Source: Schmidtea polychroa
Lineage: Eukaryota
Assembly (NCBI GenBank): GCA_044892525.1
Contig: CM097885.1
Location: forward strand, 255,874,001-255,938,000
Direction: 5' to 3'
Length of the DNA stretch: 64,000 nt
Position numbers and translations under genes: made by a program. Under the pieces are notes generated by a model. It made no database searches. It was not told where the DNA came from and saw only the letters and a program-made list of their open reading frames with translations. This document shows, in pieces, positions 23,526 through 37,546 of the stretch (position 1 is the first letter of the stretch; each line of letters begins with the position of its first letter).

Positions 23526-26500
23526 ATCTAATACAGGCAAATGAGTTTGCCCAATAACAACATTTGCTTTATAGAGATATCCTCTCAATCAAATATTTGA
23601 AATTGATTCGCTCATTATCAAGATTACGTAGACGTGAAAACATGTAAAATCTATAGGCATGAAGCTCTTGCCGTTTCTGCTCTCTATTTCAGTTCACCAA
23701 CATACACACATACACATGACGTTATGACCCCGCATGCTCACAATCCCTGTCTTCTAGGTGGTATCAACAGGGCACCATTTCAACCATCTACTATATTATA
23801 ATTGGCCAATCGCTAATTTCTGTTAACAACAGTAAAATAAAATTTATGACCTTTGGTAACATTTTTCTTCTTTTTTTCTTTTGACTGTAAATTATTTATT
23901 TTTTTTATTCATAAAATATCTAAACTCTTGCAAATCTAAGTGGATTTATCTTCACTTTGCATAAATGACGGATTTAGTCTTCATTTTTCCATATTTCTGA
24001 AATATATCTTGAAATATTTTTATTTTAAAGTTTACTGATAATTTATTATTAATACCACCATTTTTCTGAGTTAGAAAACATTGAATATTAATGATAAAAT
24101 ACCGTTGGAAAAAGTTATTGTAAATCTGAGTCTTTGAGAATGCAAACTTCAGAATGTAAATTGGTCTAATAAACATTTTTTTGACATTTTTTATTTTTTC
24201 TCTTTTAATGCGCAAACTGCACACGAGCACTCAACGGTGGGCACACTTTGCTTTTAACTGTAATATTTGTTAATAATTTATTAGTAATAATTTGTGCATA
24301 CATTCGTCAATGCACACACGCTTCTGCTTATAGCAAATTGAATTTGGAAATGCTGGATTCTGATGTGCGTCTAATGTGGGAACATTTTATCAAAAATAAA
24401 ATAATGGTTAAAATAACACATTCATTCTGGTTTTATGTGCTGTGGCGACAGGTTGTATTCTTTAGGACTTTGGATAGTCGAGAATTGAAAGTAGAATAAC
24501 GTCTGCTGTAAGGATATAATACTTTTTAAACATTATTTTCTCTTATTTTCTCTTATCATAAATGTTTTCAAATTAATTGGCAACCGAAATGAATATTTAT
24601 TTTCATGAATTTTAAGATGAAATAAAAACTAAAGAATAAATTTATCAAGTTGTGAAATTATTAAGGATTTTTTTTAAAACAACTTTTTGTTTATAATTTT
24701 TTGGAAATCATTCTTATTTTTCAGGAGCCCTTCAAATTTAAAGTCTGAACCTCTGCCTTATTGTCCCTGTTTCTGCATGAGTATCAACATACTTTTAAAT
24801 TATAACACAAAAAAAATTAAAGTATTTAAACAAATATCTTTTTTAAGTCAATATTTATTTTCAAATTAGTTTTATAATTGTTTTATATAAGCTTTTATAT
24901 AGTTATTTTTATACAATTATTAAAACAAAAATTTAAGGGCGTCAAATAATTTGCCCAGAAATTATCCTCATTTTGGTGAAACTTAAAAAGAATAAAATTA
25001 TTAATTTAAATAATATTTATAAATTCATTTCATAGATAACACAATAAATTAAAACAAAACCAGCAATTTGTTAATTTATTTTTCGAATAATTATAATTTT
25101 GTTTAAATCACTGAATATATTATTGATTTCTCGTTTAAGTTATAGTTGAAAATATAAATAAAAATAAACTTTTTATAATTAATATAAAATACCAAAATTA
25201 ATTAACAAATTTTTTATGTTTTTATTTTTAATTTTGTTAACTTTCATAACGATTAATTAAAACAATAAATAATAATTAATTGATTTCTTTCTAAAATTTA
25301 CTACCAGAAATTTGGTGGTAATGTTATTATAATTTTAATCGGTATGGTTAATAATATAATTATAATTATAAAATTTATAAAACCTAATAAAATCACACCC
25401 CTTGCGGCAACCCTGCTGCCTCACTCATCATCAATTAAGCAAGTGACCGTAAATATCAATGACGACTTGTATAATTGATAAGCTCATAGAGATATTACTA
25501 CTCAACAACAGAAAGGAGAGCGAGATTTGATCGAATTATTAGCTCTTTCATTGAGAAGTGAGAGCTGGAGGAGTTGTAGGAATGATTTATCATCGTAGTA
25601 GGCAAATAAAGATGAAGTGTCGTACCGATTAGTTTTGTAGAGATTGCTGGGCGGGCATGAACAGGCTATGAGTTTTGTATTGACAGAAGTATACAAGACC
25701 TGACCGAGCAATGCTGTTGCTGCTTTAAGAAGCTCCTCAAAAACCGAGTCAAAGCAGACAGTAATAGAGATGCCTGGAAAAACAGGAAACAAATGTTCGA
25801 CAAATAGGAAGCTTATGTCACGATTGGACTAATGAGCTCGGAGATTAAAATTCATTTTCTGAATCCATTCATCATTAGAAAGACTCTTGTAGGCCAGTTG
25901 AGGGTTTATTAATTTTCTTTGTTAAAAGGCACATCACACGACGGGGGGCAGGTAGGATGAAGACAAATTGTCAGTTGATAGGTGTGAAATTGTGGCGAAT
26001 ATATTGACTCCTTTAACCGGTTGAAGCTGATGCCTTTAAATACTATCAGTGTTTTCAATTACGGTTTGGACTGAGTTTTTATTTTTTCTATTATTATGAG
26101 ATTTGTTTTAATTAAGCTTTTCCAAAAGCAGTTGCAACTATTTTTAATAAAAATAATCAATTCGTTTCTACTCATAATTGTTTATTTTGTTCAATTTGTC
26201 TTGTTTGTTTCAATTTGTTTCTCAGAAAAAAATATTAGCAAAATGCTTTTAATAATCGTTTTGTTTTATTATGTATAATAATAATTTTCTTTATNNNNNN
26301 NNNNNNNNNNNNNNNNNNNNNNNNNNNNNNNNNNNNNNNNNNNNNNNNNNNNNNNNNNNNNNNNNNNNNNNNNNNNNNNNNNNNNNNNNNNNNNNNNNNN
26401 NNNNNNNNNNNNNNNNNNNNNNNNNNNNNNNNNNNNNNNNNNNNNNNNNNNNNNNNNNNNNNNNNNNNNNNNNNNNNNNNTTTCTTGGTAGCAGCATTTA

Positions 26501-26821
26501 TTATTTAAAACAATAAAATAATAATTTAAGCCTTTTGCTGCAAATAATGTATTTAATGAAAAAATTTTCATCTATAAGANNNNNNNNNNNNNNNNNNNNN
26601 NNNNNNNNNNNNNNNNNNNNNNNNNNNNNNNNNNNNNNNNNNNNNNNNNNNNNNNNNNNNNNNNNNNNNNNNNNNNNNNNNNNNNNNNNNNNNNNNNNNN
26701 NNNNNNNNNNNNNNNNNNNNNNNNNNNNNNNNNNNNNNNNNNNNNNNNNNNNNNNNNNNNNNNNNNNNNNNNNNNNNNNNNNNNNNNNNNNNNNNNNNNN
26801 NNNNNNNNNATTTTATTGCAG

Positions 26822-27615
26822 AAATTAAAACAATTTCAAATGAATGGATCAAAGGATCTCCGAACATAATCAACTTCAATCAAAATCAACGTCTACGCAG
26901 TCAAAATGTATCAGATTATTCTATCGTAAAAACATTACCTCAAACTCTGCTTAACCAGAACCATACAGATTCTATTTATTCATCCTCGATTAATGAAAAC
27001 CATTTACCAATTACTAATTTTGATTCTCCGAACCCCGATAGAGAAGAAGACTCAGAAATCCACGAAAATCCTAACCAGAAAGACACAAGTTCTGTAGAAA
27101 ATAATGATAACGACAATTCGTCTTCGGGAGATGTGGGTAAAAAGCGAAAACGGCGAGTGTTGTTTAGTAAGAAACAAATTCTGGAACTCGAACGACACTT
27201 TCGACAGAAGAAATATCTCTCAGCCCCAGAACGGGAACATTTAGCAAATCTGATTGGTTTATCTCCAACCCAAGTGAAAATCTGGTTCCAGAATCATCGT
27301 TACAAAATGAAACGAGCCCATCATGAAAAGTCTTTGGAAATGGGAAATTTAGCAGTGAATCGTCGAATTAGCCAAACAATGTTCAATGATTCCAAATCAC
27401 ATATGCCTTCGAATTTCGATTTGGGAATGAACAATTCTTTCTATAATTCAAATCTCTCACTTGGTAATTTGAGTTTAAATCCCGCTGCTAATTTAATGGG
27501 ACGAATTCCAGGTATGTCTAGTATGATTCCTACATATCAAAATGGACCCCAGTCATATTTTAACAGCATAAATCCCGCCACATTAACAGGCGCTAATTCT
27601 TCATGGGGTCATTGA
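26822..27615 (+). CDS. Dth-1: NK2 homeobox gene, exon 3, with homeodomain [58 protein letters not shown]
   Basis: Acceptor TTTTATTGCAG ends at 26821 and phase 1 matches exon 2 (G+AA = Glu). The frame is open from 26822 to TGA at 27615. NK2-class signature WFQNHRY (Tyr54); closest to the NKX2-2 type. Confidence 0.96.
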
Positions 27616-28289
27616 ATAGAATACCTTATCTAACCCCCAACAACTGCTCAGAACATTCCTTTCCTCAAGTTTCAAAGACACTGGGATACTTATTAATTAT
27701 TATGAACTGATCGTATGTTGAGTAAATACTAATAAAAAATGTCTTTTATTTAGAATTTAAAATTTTCATCAATCATTTGTTAACCTGTTTTTTTTGTAAG
27801 ACCTGTTTATATAAAAAATCCTAATGAATGTTGGCCAGCAGGACCTTTAAGGACTAATTCCAATCTCCCAGATGAATAAATAAGAAAAAAATCCAAAAGT
27901 TTTGGACATGCCTATCACAACCTGTTTTTCTTTTTCTTTCCAATATCCTCGGACGTTGGAAACCCTATAAAGAATACATTTATATAACATTTGACTTTAA
28001 ATAATAGTTTATATTAGAATTTCTGTCAAGTTATTTTGAATGAAAACCAGACCACGCATCCTTTAGTTATAATGGCCAAGACAATGGTTCTTTAATCTAT
28101 TTTTGTAACTGATTTATATAAATCTAATTTCTTTACAATTATTTTGTTTTACGGTGAGTCTCAAAGGACCGTGGGCACCGCGAAGCAAATCGGACACATA
28201 TATTCCATCGTAAGTCCGTGGACCCATGACAATGTTAGCTCACTATAGTTCACAAGAATGAGTTCACATTTTACTAACATTTATCCATT

Positions 28290-29100
28290 CAACACATCAC
28301 CAAAATAGTTCATTCAACGGATGTCGAGTAGTAAAGAAGCGTTGTATTTTGGTTTATGCTGAAAACAGCACGAAAAAGTATAATTTGGTAACCATTAACT
28401 CATAATATATAAGGTGAAATTGAAATTCGAACTATTTCAATCTAAATTGCTCCTTTTTCAAACAAACTAATTCATTAATTTTTTAAAATTATATTCTGCT
28501 AAAAAATCATAAAATTATGTTTTCTCAATTCAAGCCTTTAAAAATTTTAACACTTTCAAAATTTATAAAAGTTGAAATCAAATAACATCTCAATAAATTT
28601 TTCACAAAATTGTATTTACTAATATTAATCAATTCTTTCAGTCGATCATGATCAAGAACTTGAGAACGGAGATGACGGACAGTCATTCCAATGTATGTAG
28701 CAATGCACCCATGACATAAATATTCATAACCAAAATCCTAACACCGTCTAAGTAGAACTTGAAATCCACCTGCAAACACGAAGTTAAAAAAACAGGAATT
28801 GGAAACCATCTTACAACATTGAATACAAAACTTCTTGTTCAAAATCTTTACGCAAACTGTATAACACTCCAAATACAAAAATGTAAACCTAAACATAAAA
28901 TTGTGTTTGCTGATATAAATCAATTCCCTCAATCGACAGATTTCAAGTACTTGAGAACGGAGAGGACGGGCAGTCATTCCAATGTATGTGGCATTACACC
29001 CATTACATATATATTCATAACCAAGATCTGAATTCAATCTAAGCAAGAACCGAAATAGACAAACTTCAGAATTTGTATCACAAGTAGCCAATCCAATCAT
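28290..29100 (-). mobile_element. Penelope-like GIY-YIG endonuclease relic, tandemly duplicated
   Basis: Two copies of about 90 bp (near 28653 and 28942) encode GYEYICNGCNATYIGMTARPLRSQV and GYEYLCHGCIATYIGMTVRHLRSQV. Confidence 0.65.
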
Positions 29101-30242
29101 TGATAGTTTTCTTTCATTAATTTTCTACATTTCTTCACCAATTCCAAAGTGCTTCTATTGTGTATTGAAAAAAACAAAGTATAACTTTCAAANNNNNNNN
29201 NNNNNNNNNNNNNNNNNNNNNNNNNNNNNNNNNNNNNNNNNNNNNNNNNNNNNNNNNNNNNNNNNNNNNNNNNNNNNNNNNNNNNNNNNNNNNNNNNNNN
29301 NNNNNNNNNNNNNNNNNNNNNNNNNNNNNNNNNNNNNNGAACTATCTTATATTCGAAAATTTTTTCATTAAATACATTAATCGCAGCAGAATGCTTAAAA
29401 TATCACTTTATTGTTTTAAATAATAAATGCTGCTNNNNNNNNNNNNNNNNNNNNNNNNNNNNNNNNNNNNNNNNNNNNNNNNNNNNNNNNNNNNNNNNNN
29501 NNNNNNNNNNNNNNNNNNNNNNNNNNNNNNNNNNNNNNNNNNNNNNNNNNNNNNNNNNNNNNNNNNNNNNNNNNNNNNNNNNNNNNNNNNNNNNNNNNNN
29601 NNNNNNNNNNNNNNNNNNNNNNNNNNNNNNNNNNNNNNNNNNNNNNNAATGGAATATATATAAAATGACCATCTGGAACTTTGTTGCGTTATTTTTTGAC
29701 GAGATTCTCAAGTTTGATTTAGTTTTCATAGGCAATCTCACATCAAATGTTACACCTTCATGAAATAACTGCTCAAATTTTTGTTGAAAAATGTGACGAA
29801 GCCACTTGTTATCAAGTGGTCACAAGATCTGATTTTTCAAGTTATCTTGAATATGAGATCTATTTTTGTAAAATTATTTAATTATTAATTTAATTTTCAT
29901 CGCGGATTTTCAAAACCTTGATAAATGTTTCAAGATTTAACCAAAAATCTAAATCCTGACTTAATCGGTTTATTAATGATTGAAGCCAAATATGTGCCGT
30001 AGCCGGGCGGGTACCTCCTTCGCTTATATCTTCCTAAATGCGCCATGTGCAATATGCCCTAATTTTTTATATTTTTTATATTTTTTATTTGTATTTTGTT
30101 TTATTATATATCAACATCTTCGAATTTGAATTTACACTAAAATCAAACCGTTTCGTCAAATGTTCCTCTGGGTCGGTTTTTTTGCAGTACATTACTGGCT
30201 AGAGTTACATTTGTTTTAATAATTTCTCTTTATAAACAAAAG

Positions 30243-30782
30243 TCCATAAAGTAAGTCATGCTATTTTTGACCATTTTGAACCCCCTCCCTGACCCAGGTC
30301 ACAAACTGTGACAAATCTCGGACCCCCTCCCCTAAAGTAAGTCTTACTTTCGAAGAAAAAGTTTTTCAATTAACATCTAATAAAAATTTATTCTAAATAT
30401 AATATAGTATTTCATAAATTTTATTAACCACTTGGAGGACTTAAACGGGTGATTGGTCATGAAATTATTTTTTTTTATTTATTCATAAAAATCCAGCCCA
30501 TTTACCTAACCCTCTAACCGCTAGGATACTATCCCTAATTCCTCCGATACGCATTTCATGCTATTTTGACATAAAACTAATTCAAATGTTTAACAGAATT
30601 TTTGAAAATTATTTTTAAAACTAATAAATTCGACTAAAAAAATAAAAAAAATTTAGAAATAAAATTTAAAAAATAAATGTCTGACGTCACACATTGCCTG
30701 AATCCCCCTCCTCCCCTGTCACAAACCGTCACATTTTCTTACACCCCCCCCTGAAGCATGACGTTCTTTATGGAACGCCCCT
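30243..30782. mobile_element. PIF/Harbinger-like MITE
   Basis: Right end GCATGACGTTCTTTATGGAACGCCCCT followed by TAA. The left inverted copy TCCATAAAGTAAGTCATGCT lacks its outer bases. Confidence 0.55.
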
Positions 30783-31329
30783 TAATTACAATTTGTTTAA
30801 ATCTTCTTGAATGATACTGAATAAATTCGGAAAACATGTGAAAATATTTCTCTATTCCAAGTCCAATATTGTCAAAGTCCAGTTCAAAATTAAAATTCAT
30901 TTTATGTTAGGCAGTTCAACGCTAAAATTTATCATTAAATATAATATAACTGATTGATAATTTATTTAAAACTTTGATTAACTGAAAAGAGACATAGCAA
31001 CTATATGGCAAGCCGCTAGGCCCCCCCCCCGAGATTTTGTGACAATAAACCAATTAATTTAAAAATATATATCAGAAAAATTTTATTTTTATTTTCTTTT
31101 AAAATTTCATTTATTTTCATTTCGACTAGAAATAGGCAATGCCGAAAATTTGTGTTACGTAGAAAGAAATACTTGATCTATAGCTGTAATGGAAATAAAT
31201 GTAATATTGAAGGAGAATGTAAGTTCAGGTCTTATGAATGTATAACCCGTCACAAAACTATGCAATAATATTATGTACTTGTTTAGTTAATCGACGTTAG
31301 TTTTTTTTTAAGACCTGATGCACTTGGTC

Positions 31330-32112
31330 TTTACTGAAAGCATCATTTTACGTACGACCTGTACATCAACCTTCTCTAAGCTAAACTTAATGCATCGCTG
31401 CAGTTTTGCATTGGTACCAAAAATCCTCAACCGAGCGATGCTGTGTGCAATTTGGGGGATTTATATTTTTGGGGACTACTTCAATATTTCAACTCATCGA
31501 AGACGTCCAATGTTGATAGAGCGAAATGAAATGAAGCCAAATTTGACCTACAGATATAATTGTTGTCCTGGTAATAAGAAAGGATAAATAGAAGAAGGTA
31601 TTGTTGAATACACTTGTGTTGATAGATTTATGCATTGAAGTGTTTTATGTGAAAGACAGAAAGATGACTTTGAAATCCCGCGAGCACTGACTGCAATCCA
31701 GGACGTCGCTTTGTTTTGGAACTTTGAGTGTCAACGAATCTTGAGGCTATTTTCCGTCAAACTCCATGATTTTGAATGATAATGATCATTTTGATGCATA
31801 TTGGTCCCCAAGAAAATGTAAAGTATGACTCGTCTTCGAGAATAACCAGTGGTTCAAGATTTCTTGACAAAATGTGGAGATAAAGACTGTCAATTCTGAG
31901 CTTTTGGATAGTGAGCGGCTGTTTTGAAACTTTAAGCAGTATGAGTGAAGGATTTTGGATACAAATTCTTGGGATATGCCATATTTTCTGGCCACAACAT
32001 TTTGGCTAAAGGACGACGATGATATAGTGGAATTTATTAGGACACGAACACGAATGAGAGGTATTTTTATAAGTAATATTCCTGACCCCACACTTCGTTC
32101 AACATTCCGCAA
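31330..32112 (-). mobile_element. IS630/Tc1/mariner transposase relic
   Basis: HTH-like SQNVVARKYGISQEFVSKILH, KFQNKATSWIAVSARGISK and IEVVPKNINPPNCTQHRSVEDFW across frameshifts. Confidence 0.65.
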
Positions 32113-35100
32113 ACGGAATATATTTTGGACTTGGAAATTCCAAAAGCCTTGAAATATTTCGAAACAGCATAATTGGTGAGAGAGGGATAAAATTATACGA
32201 TCAGGTCACGCCACCATTGTTTTGTTAGCCTCTCCATCTGTAAGGTATAAAGCAATACACAAGCGATAATACGAAAAAATCACACACTGATATTCCTCTA
32301 AATTGAAGTCATTATTTTGGTAAATGTAATTCAACGAGAACGTTTTTGGTGAGAAATTATTTTCTAATTTATTAAAAGAAACAAGCACAATTAAAAAATT
32401 AACTGAAAGAAAATCGGTTCGAATTAAAAAAGATGTGAAACCAGTACAAATGTATCATAACCATAAGATATATTTCTTTGTAGATGAAATTCCATATAAA
32501 TTCTCAAATGCAGTCAAATTGATCAAGTCTCAATATTCAAGCTTCGTTACTCATGTAACAAAAGATGTTGTAGCAGCAAATAAAGTGTTGAAGAAATGAA
32601 GAAGAATCTAAGTTCCAATCAAAATTTTGGAGAGTAGATAGTGCTCGAATTTCTCTGGGATTTTAACAAATGTTTAGTTTTTAATATCTTTTAATATGAT
32701 TTTTTAATAGTAGAATGGGTTTTCTTAAGTATAGATGAATAATTTATATTTTTAAAATATTGGAAATGTATGTATGTAAAGTTTGGCTGAATAAGGCGCT
32801 GTTTAAGGTATTATGACTCTGAATTTGAAATAAATAATGACGCCATTTTGTAGAGAATGAAATTCTACCTACACATTATTTAAGTGAAAATATCTAAAGT
32901 TGTTTAAAATGATATGTAAATTCAAAAATGGTGTACTAAAAATTAAATTTCAAAATTTTGATTACGTCACCAGCTCATTAAAATAGAGAATGTAATTTCA
33001 TTAAATCGAGTCTTCAAAATACCTATAAAAAAGTAAAATTGAAGACGTATTTGATAATTAAAACAAAATTAAAAATTACATAATCACTGGCTAAAACAAA
33101 ATTTAAAAAAATTATGGGGGTCTCCAAAAAAGTATTTCCCCTTTTCGTTCAAAATAAATTGGTGAGAGTCGAAGATTCCTGTTGGGCTGTAGTCCACACA
33201 TCTATCTAATATAATTGTAAGTGAAAATATAAGCGGAGAAGTATAATTGAGGAGGTACTAATCGTTAAGGTGGGTATATAGGTGCAGAGGGGAGACACGT
33301 CGGTGGATCTTAATATATTTTTAATTATTATAGCCTAATTAAAGACAAGTTTATTTAAATAAGATGTTGTAAGGGTTTTTAACCAGTATACAGTATATAA
33401 AGTATATAAAGTATATAAAGTATATATATGCTCAAAAACATAAAAAGCGCAGTAGCACAAATTTGAAGTTTATATAAATATTAGAAATAGTTTGTGTCAC
33501 AAAACTATGAAACATTTTATATGAAATTTTTATTTAAATGAATCGGATCATTCTGTATTCGGATAGGATTTTTTAGGAATAATTTTTGGAATACTTTAAG
33601 CTACACCACAACCATTCAGATGTTTGGTTTGCCTTGTGTTGCATATGATTTTCCCTGTGGAAATATCAACTCAAAACCTTGAAGAGGCCACAAAAGGGGT
33701 TTCAAAATATATTTATGTAGTTCAGCATTTAGTTCTCCATCAACAAATTATTTTGGACTTTGGAAAAAATAATATGCATCTTCAAGATTACTGTTTACAA
33801 AGCCATGATAATGATACAAATATGCGTTGAGAAATAATTAGCGTTAAGGTCAAGGTCTTAGAAAAGAATAAATGTGACTTGCTCTTTCCTTAAGCAGTAG
33901 GAGTAATGACAGCAAGAATCAACTCAGATGTTATAACTTCGGTTACAGCTCTGAATGCTAACCTATTCACAAAAACATTGATCTCAAACTGTACTTACAA
34001 AAAACTTAGGTCAAAAGACACAACAGTTACGAATCTTACAGGAAAATATTGTTTTTGTGTCCAAAGTAGTTTGCCGAAGGAGTCGATGTGAAATCTCTAT
34101 TTCCAAATCATATAAAGATTTTTCTTAAATTTTGAGGTAGCCAAAAATTTATGTGAATTATTCTTATAGATTTTGAATTTCCAAAGCTGGGACAATGATA
34201 AAGTTACCATAAATGCAGCAAGGATTTATAAATTTTTATGAAGGAGATCCATTAGAAGACTTACTGGACGAAATCTCTTACTTTAAAAATATTCACATGA
34301 CAGTTTTGGTATTGAAAGAACATCATTACGATTTTTGAACACAATTAATCCATTTGGTACCAAATCTTTTTAGTCCTTTAGATATCAACTTATAGAAAAT
34401 GATAAAACTTTATAAAGAAATTAATAAGAAAGTAATAAATCTCCCAGAGAAACTATGACATCTGTGAAATACATTTATATTCAGTGCAAATATTATTTCT
34501 AATTGTTCCCAATTTTGGGCATTAAAAAGTATTTAGCTAGGCAAGTTGATTTTTGTAAAATTACCAGAATTTTGTGCCTACAGAGTTAAAAAAGAATTTT
34601 TGAGCAAATCTTTTATACTATAACAAGTTTTTATAATATTATAAGAACCTTTTTCAAATTTCACCACTGATTTCTTTTCAATTGACATTGTATTTATTAA
34701 TTAGCTTGACTATGAATCAATAAATATATCGATGCTTTTTTTATATTCACAAATTTTCGGCATGTCTTTTTCAAGTGATTTTGATTCTTTCCATCGATAT
34801 ATTTACTGATTCATAGTCAAGCTTTTTAATAAATACAAAGTTTTTATAATGTTTTTATTGACAAAATCTGTATATTTTTTATATATTTTTCCTTCTTGCA
34901 ATCTAATTACTTATTTTATTCTAAATCCTGTTGATTTGGACATTTCTATTTATCATAGTTGTAGGGGGGCCTGAAGAGTGTTGTCTGGGGGGGGCAGCAT
35001 TAGAATGTTATACCATGTTTTCGGCAACCGGATAAAAATTTCGAAAGTTTCTTTTGAAAAATCTGACACTACCATATAACGTGACTTTATAAATACATAA

Positions 35101-37111
35101 TTAACATTAATATTTATTAATAATTTAATTAAATATTACATAATTCAAATATAACTAAGAAATTTATTATATTAGAAGAATTCTATTGTTCTTTTATTTT
35201 GTATACAAATAAATACAATTATAATGAATTTATAAAATAAATTAAATATTTCTAATATTATATTATTACTATATGTAATTTGTAAATTAACCAATTAATG
35301 TATAAAGTTGAAATGCCGCCATTAATTAAAAATTTATTAAATAATTATGTTATGAATTTAATCATAGCCTCAATGTAAAAATATTAATTAAAAATAATAA
35401 TGAATTAGTAATAAAATTAATTAATATAATTTAATGTTATTTTTTGCTATTACTTTAAGTCAGGTTTGTGAACTTGTTACCAAAGTTTACTAACTTGTTT
35501 ACAAAAATAACAGTAAAAATTAAAATAAATCTAATGTGGAATATCAGCAATCTAGATATTTGTATCAGTGATACACCTTTTTCAAATTCAGTCTGCTATA
35601 ATCAGGAAAACATGTACACCACTCAATGCATGTAAAACATAGTTATAAGTGGCATACAGTCATAATCAAGAAACAACTGTGAAATAGTTCCGGTTATTTT
35701 GACAACAATAGAAATTACATATGGACACAACTTTGATCTAAATGCTTGTTGATGTGTTTAAGATTATGTTGAAGATACCTAAATAATAAAATTAAAAAAT
35801 TAGTAAAAAAATTAAATAATTGAAAACGAATAACTACCAATGGGAATACTGTTGCAGAAGACTAGAATACAAAATGGAGAAAAAGTCGGTACAAAAGGAA
35901 GAGAATAACACAAATTCAATTGAGTTAAACATTGAATAAAGAGAATGTTATTATTAACCCTTGACTGTCGTAAGTCACCTGTGACGTGATAACAATATAT
36001 TCAATATACAAAGATAGCGTCCGATAAGGATTAATTATGGAGTTCAAATTCAAAATAGAAAAAACGAAAACAGTTTTTCCTTCCAATTTCATAACACTGG
36101 AAATAATTAAAATTTTTATAATTTTGTGGAATATTATAAATTTTAAAATTAATCTGTGAAAATTGTTAAATTTTTATCTAATGGCTGAGTTTGGATTTTG
36201 TTACGTAAATTTACGCCGCACTAGTAATACCTCCATGTCAATATTTTTCACATGGTCTTTTTTAATTGCACCGAGAACAACATTTGTAAATACAATAAAC
36301 ATTACAATTCCTCGAAAACAATTAAGAAAAATAATTGTAAAATATAATATATAAGAATAAAAAAATAAATATTCGAAAAAAACTTGACTAATAAGAAAAA
36401 AAATTAATAAAGCACACATGCAGAAACTTACAAAAAAATACACCAGCCTTCAATCAGTTAGGTATATTAAGTTGTATGTCTGAACATAATTATTTAAATT
36501 AATTAATTAAATTAACAAATTAAAGTAATTTAATTCGACTAAATAAGCGAGCACAAAGTCCAGATCGTCCACTACGAAATGAAACGCAAACTTTGTCATA
36601 GTGTGCGAATTGAACAATGATATTGTATACTGTGGAAATTAGAATATTTAACGTAACTGTTAAATATTCTTCTTTAAGTTCAATGATTCTGTCTCTCAAA
36701 AATTTTAGAGTTCTTTAAAGTCGGGATTGCGTGGTGTAGAGCAGAAAAAATAAAATATACACAATATTACTCAAAAATTGTTTCATTAAAACAAGCGTAC
36801 ACTTTTCATTAAAATGTATTTTTCTAAATATCTCAGTGTCAATTAACATTGCAAAAAATCGAATAAATTATTTTTCTGATAGCCATATGTTCTATTTTTT
36901 TATATATCTATCGTTATCACTTTATCATATACGTAAATTGTACGTTGAAGTAAAAATTGTATATTTATAATCACATACATACATAAATTCTAACTTTCTG
37001 TTCTCAATCAATTTCAGAATTTTGGTGACCCCTTCCTAAAATTATCATCTAAACCGTTTTTTGAACACAGAAGTAGTCATAAATATTTTTAATTCTTTTC
37101 AAACCATAGAT

Positions 37112-37546
37112 CAGTGTTGTCCAAACTTTTGTGAGCCACGGCATACTTGGCTAAATTAAAAATTTTCGCGGCACACCTAATTTTTTTTTGCTTTATTTGC
37201 AATTTTTTATTGCACTTTTACTAATCTTTTAATAAGAAATGAAAAACTTATAAACTAAAATATATTATTATTTAATATTTAAGATTCTAAATAAACATAA
37301 TTAAACTGCTTACGTATTTTGGATAGTCAATATTTCTAGTAAGAAATATAAATATGATTGTAAACAAATAAATTTCGCATTTAATTGACTGATTAACATT
37401 TAAATTTGAAATAACTGTTAAAATATCCACAATCCAATTTCCTTTTATTAAGTTGTTTGGAAAAACAGGGTTTTTTTGACTTTTTTTAAAAAAAAATTCA
37501 CGGCACAACTGGGCACCCGGCACGGTACACAGTTTGGACAACACTG
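37112..37546. mobile_element. hAT MITE about 370 bp upstream of the septin ATG
   Basis: Perfect 16-bp TIR CAGTGTTGTCCAAACT and perfect TSD CCATAGAT. Confidence 0.92.

Noticed and set aside
7117-29741. Many ORFs in the track made of X residues
   Set aside because: Artefacts of N-runs.
35955-36035. Possible tiny piggyBac MITE between two TTAA sites
   Set aside because: TIR match too weak.
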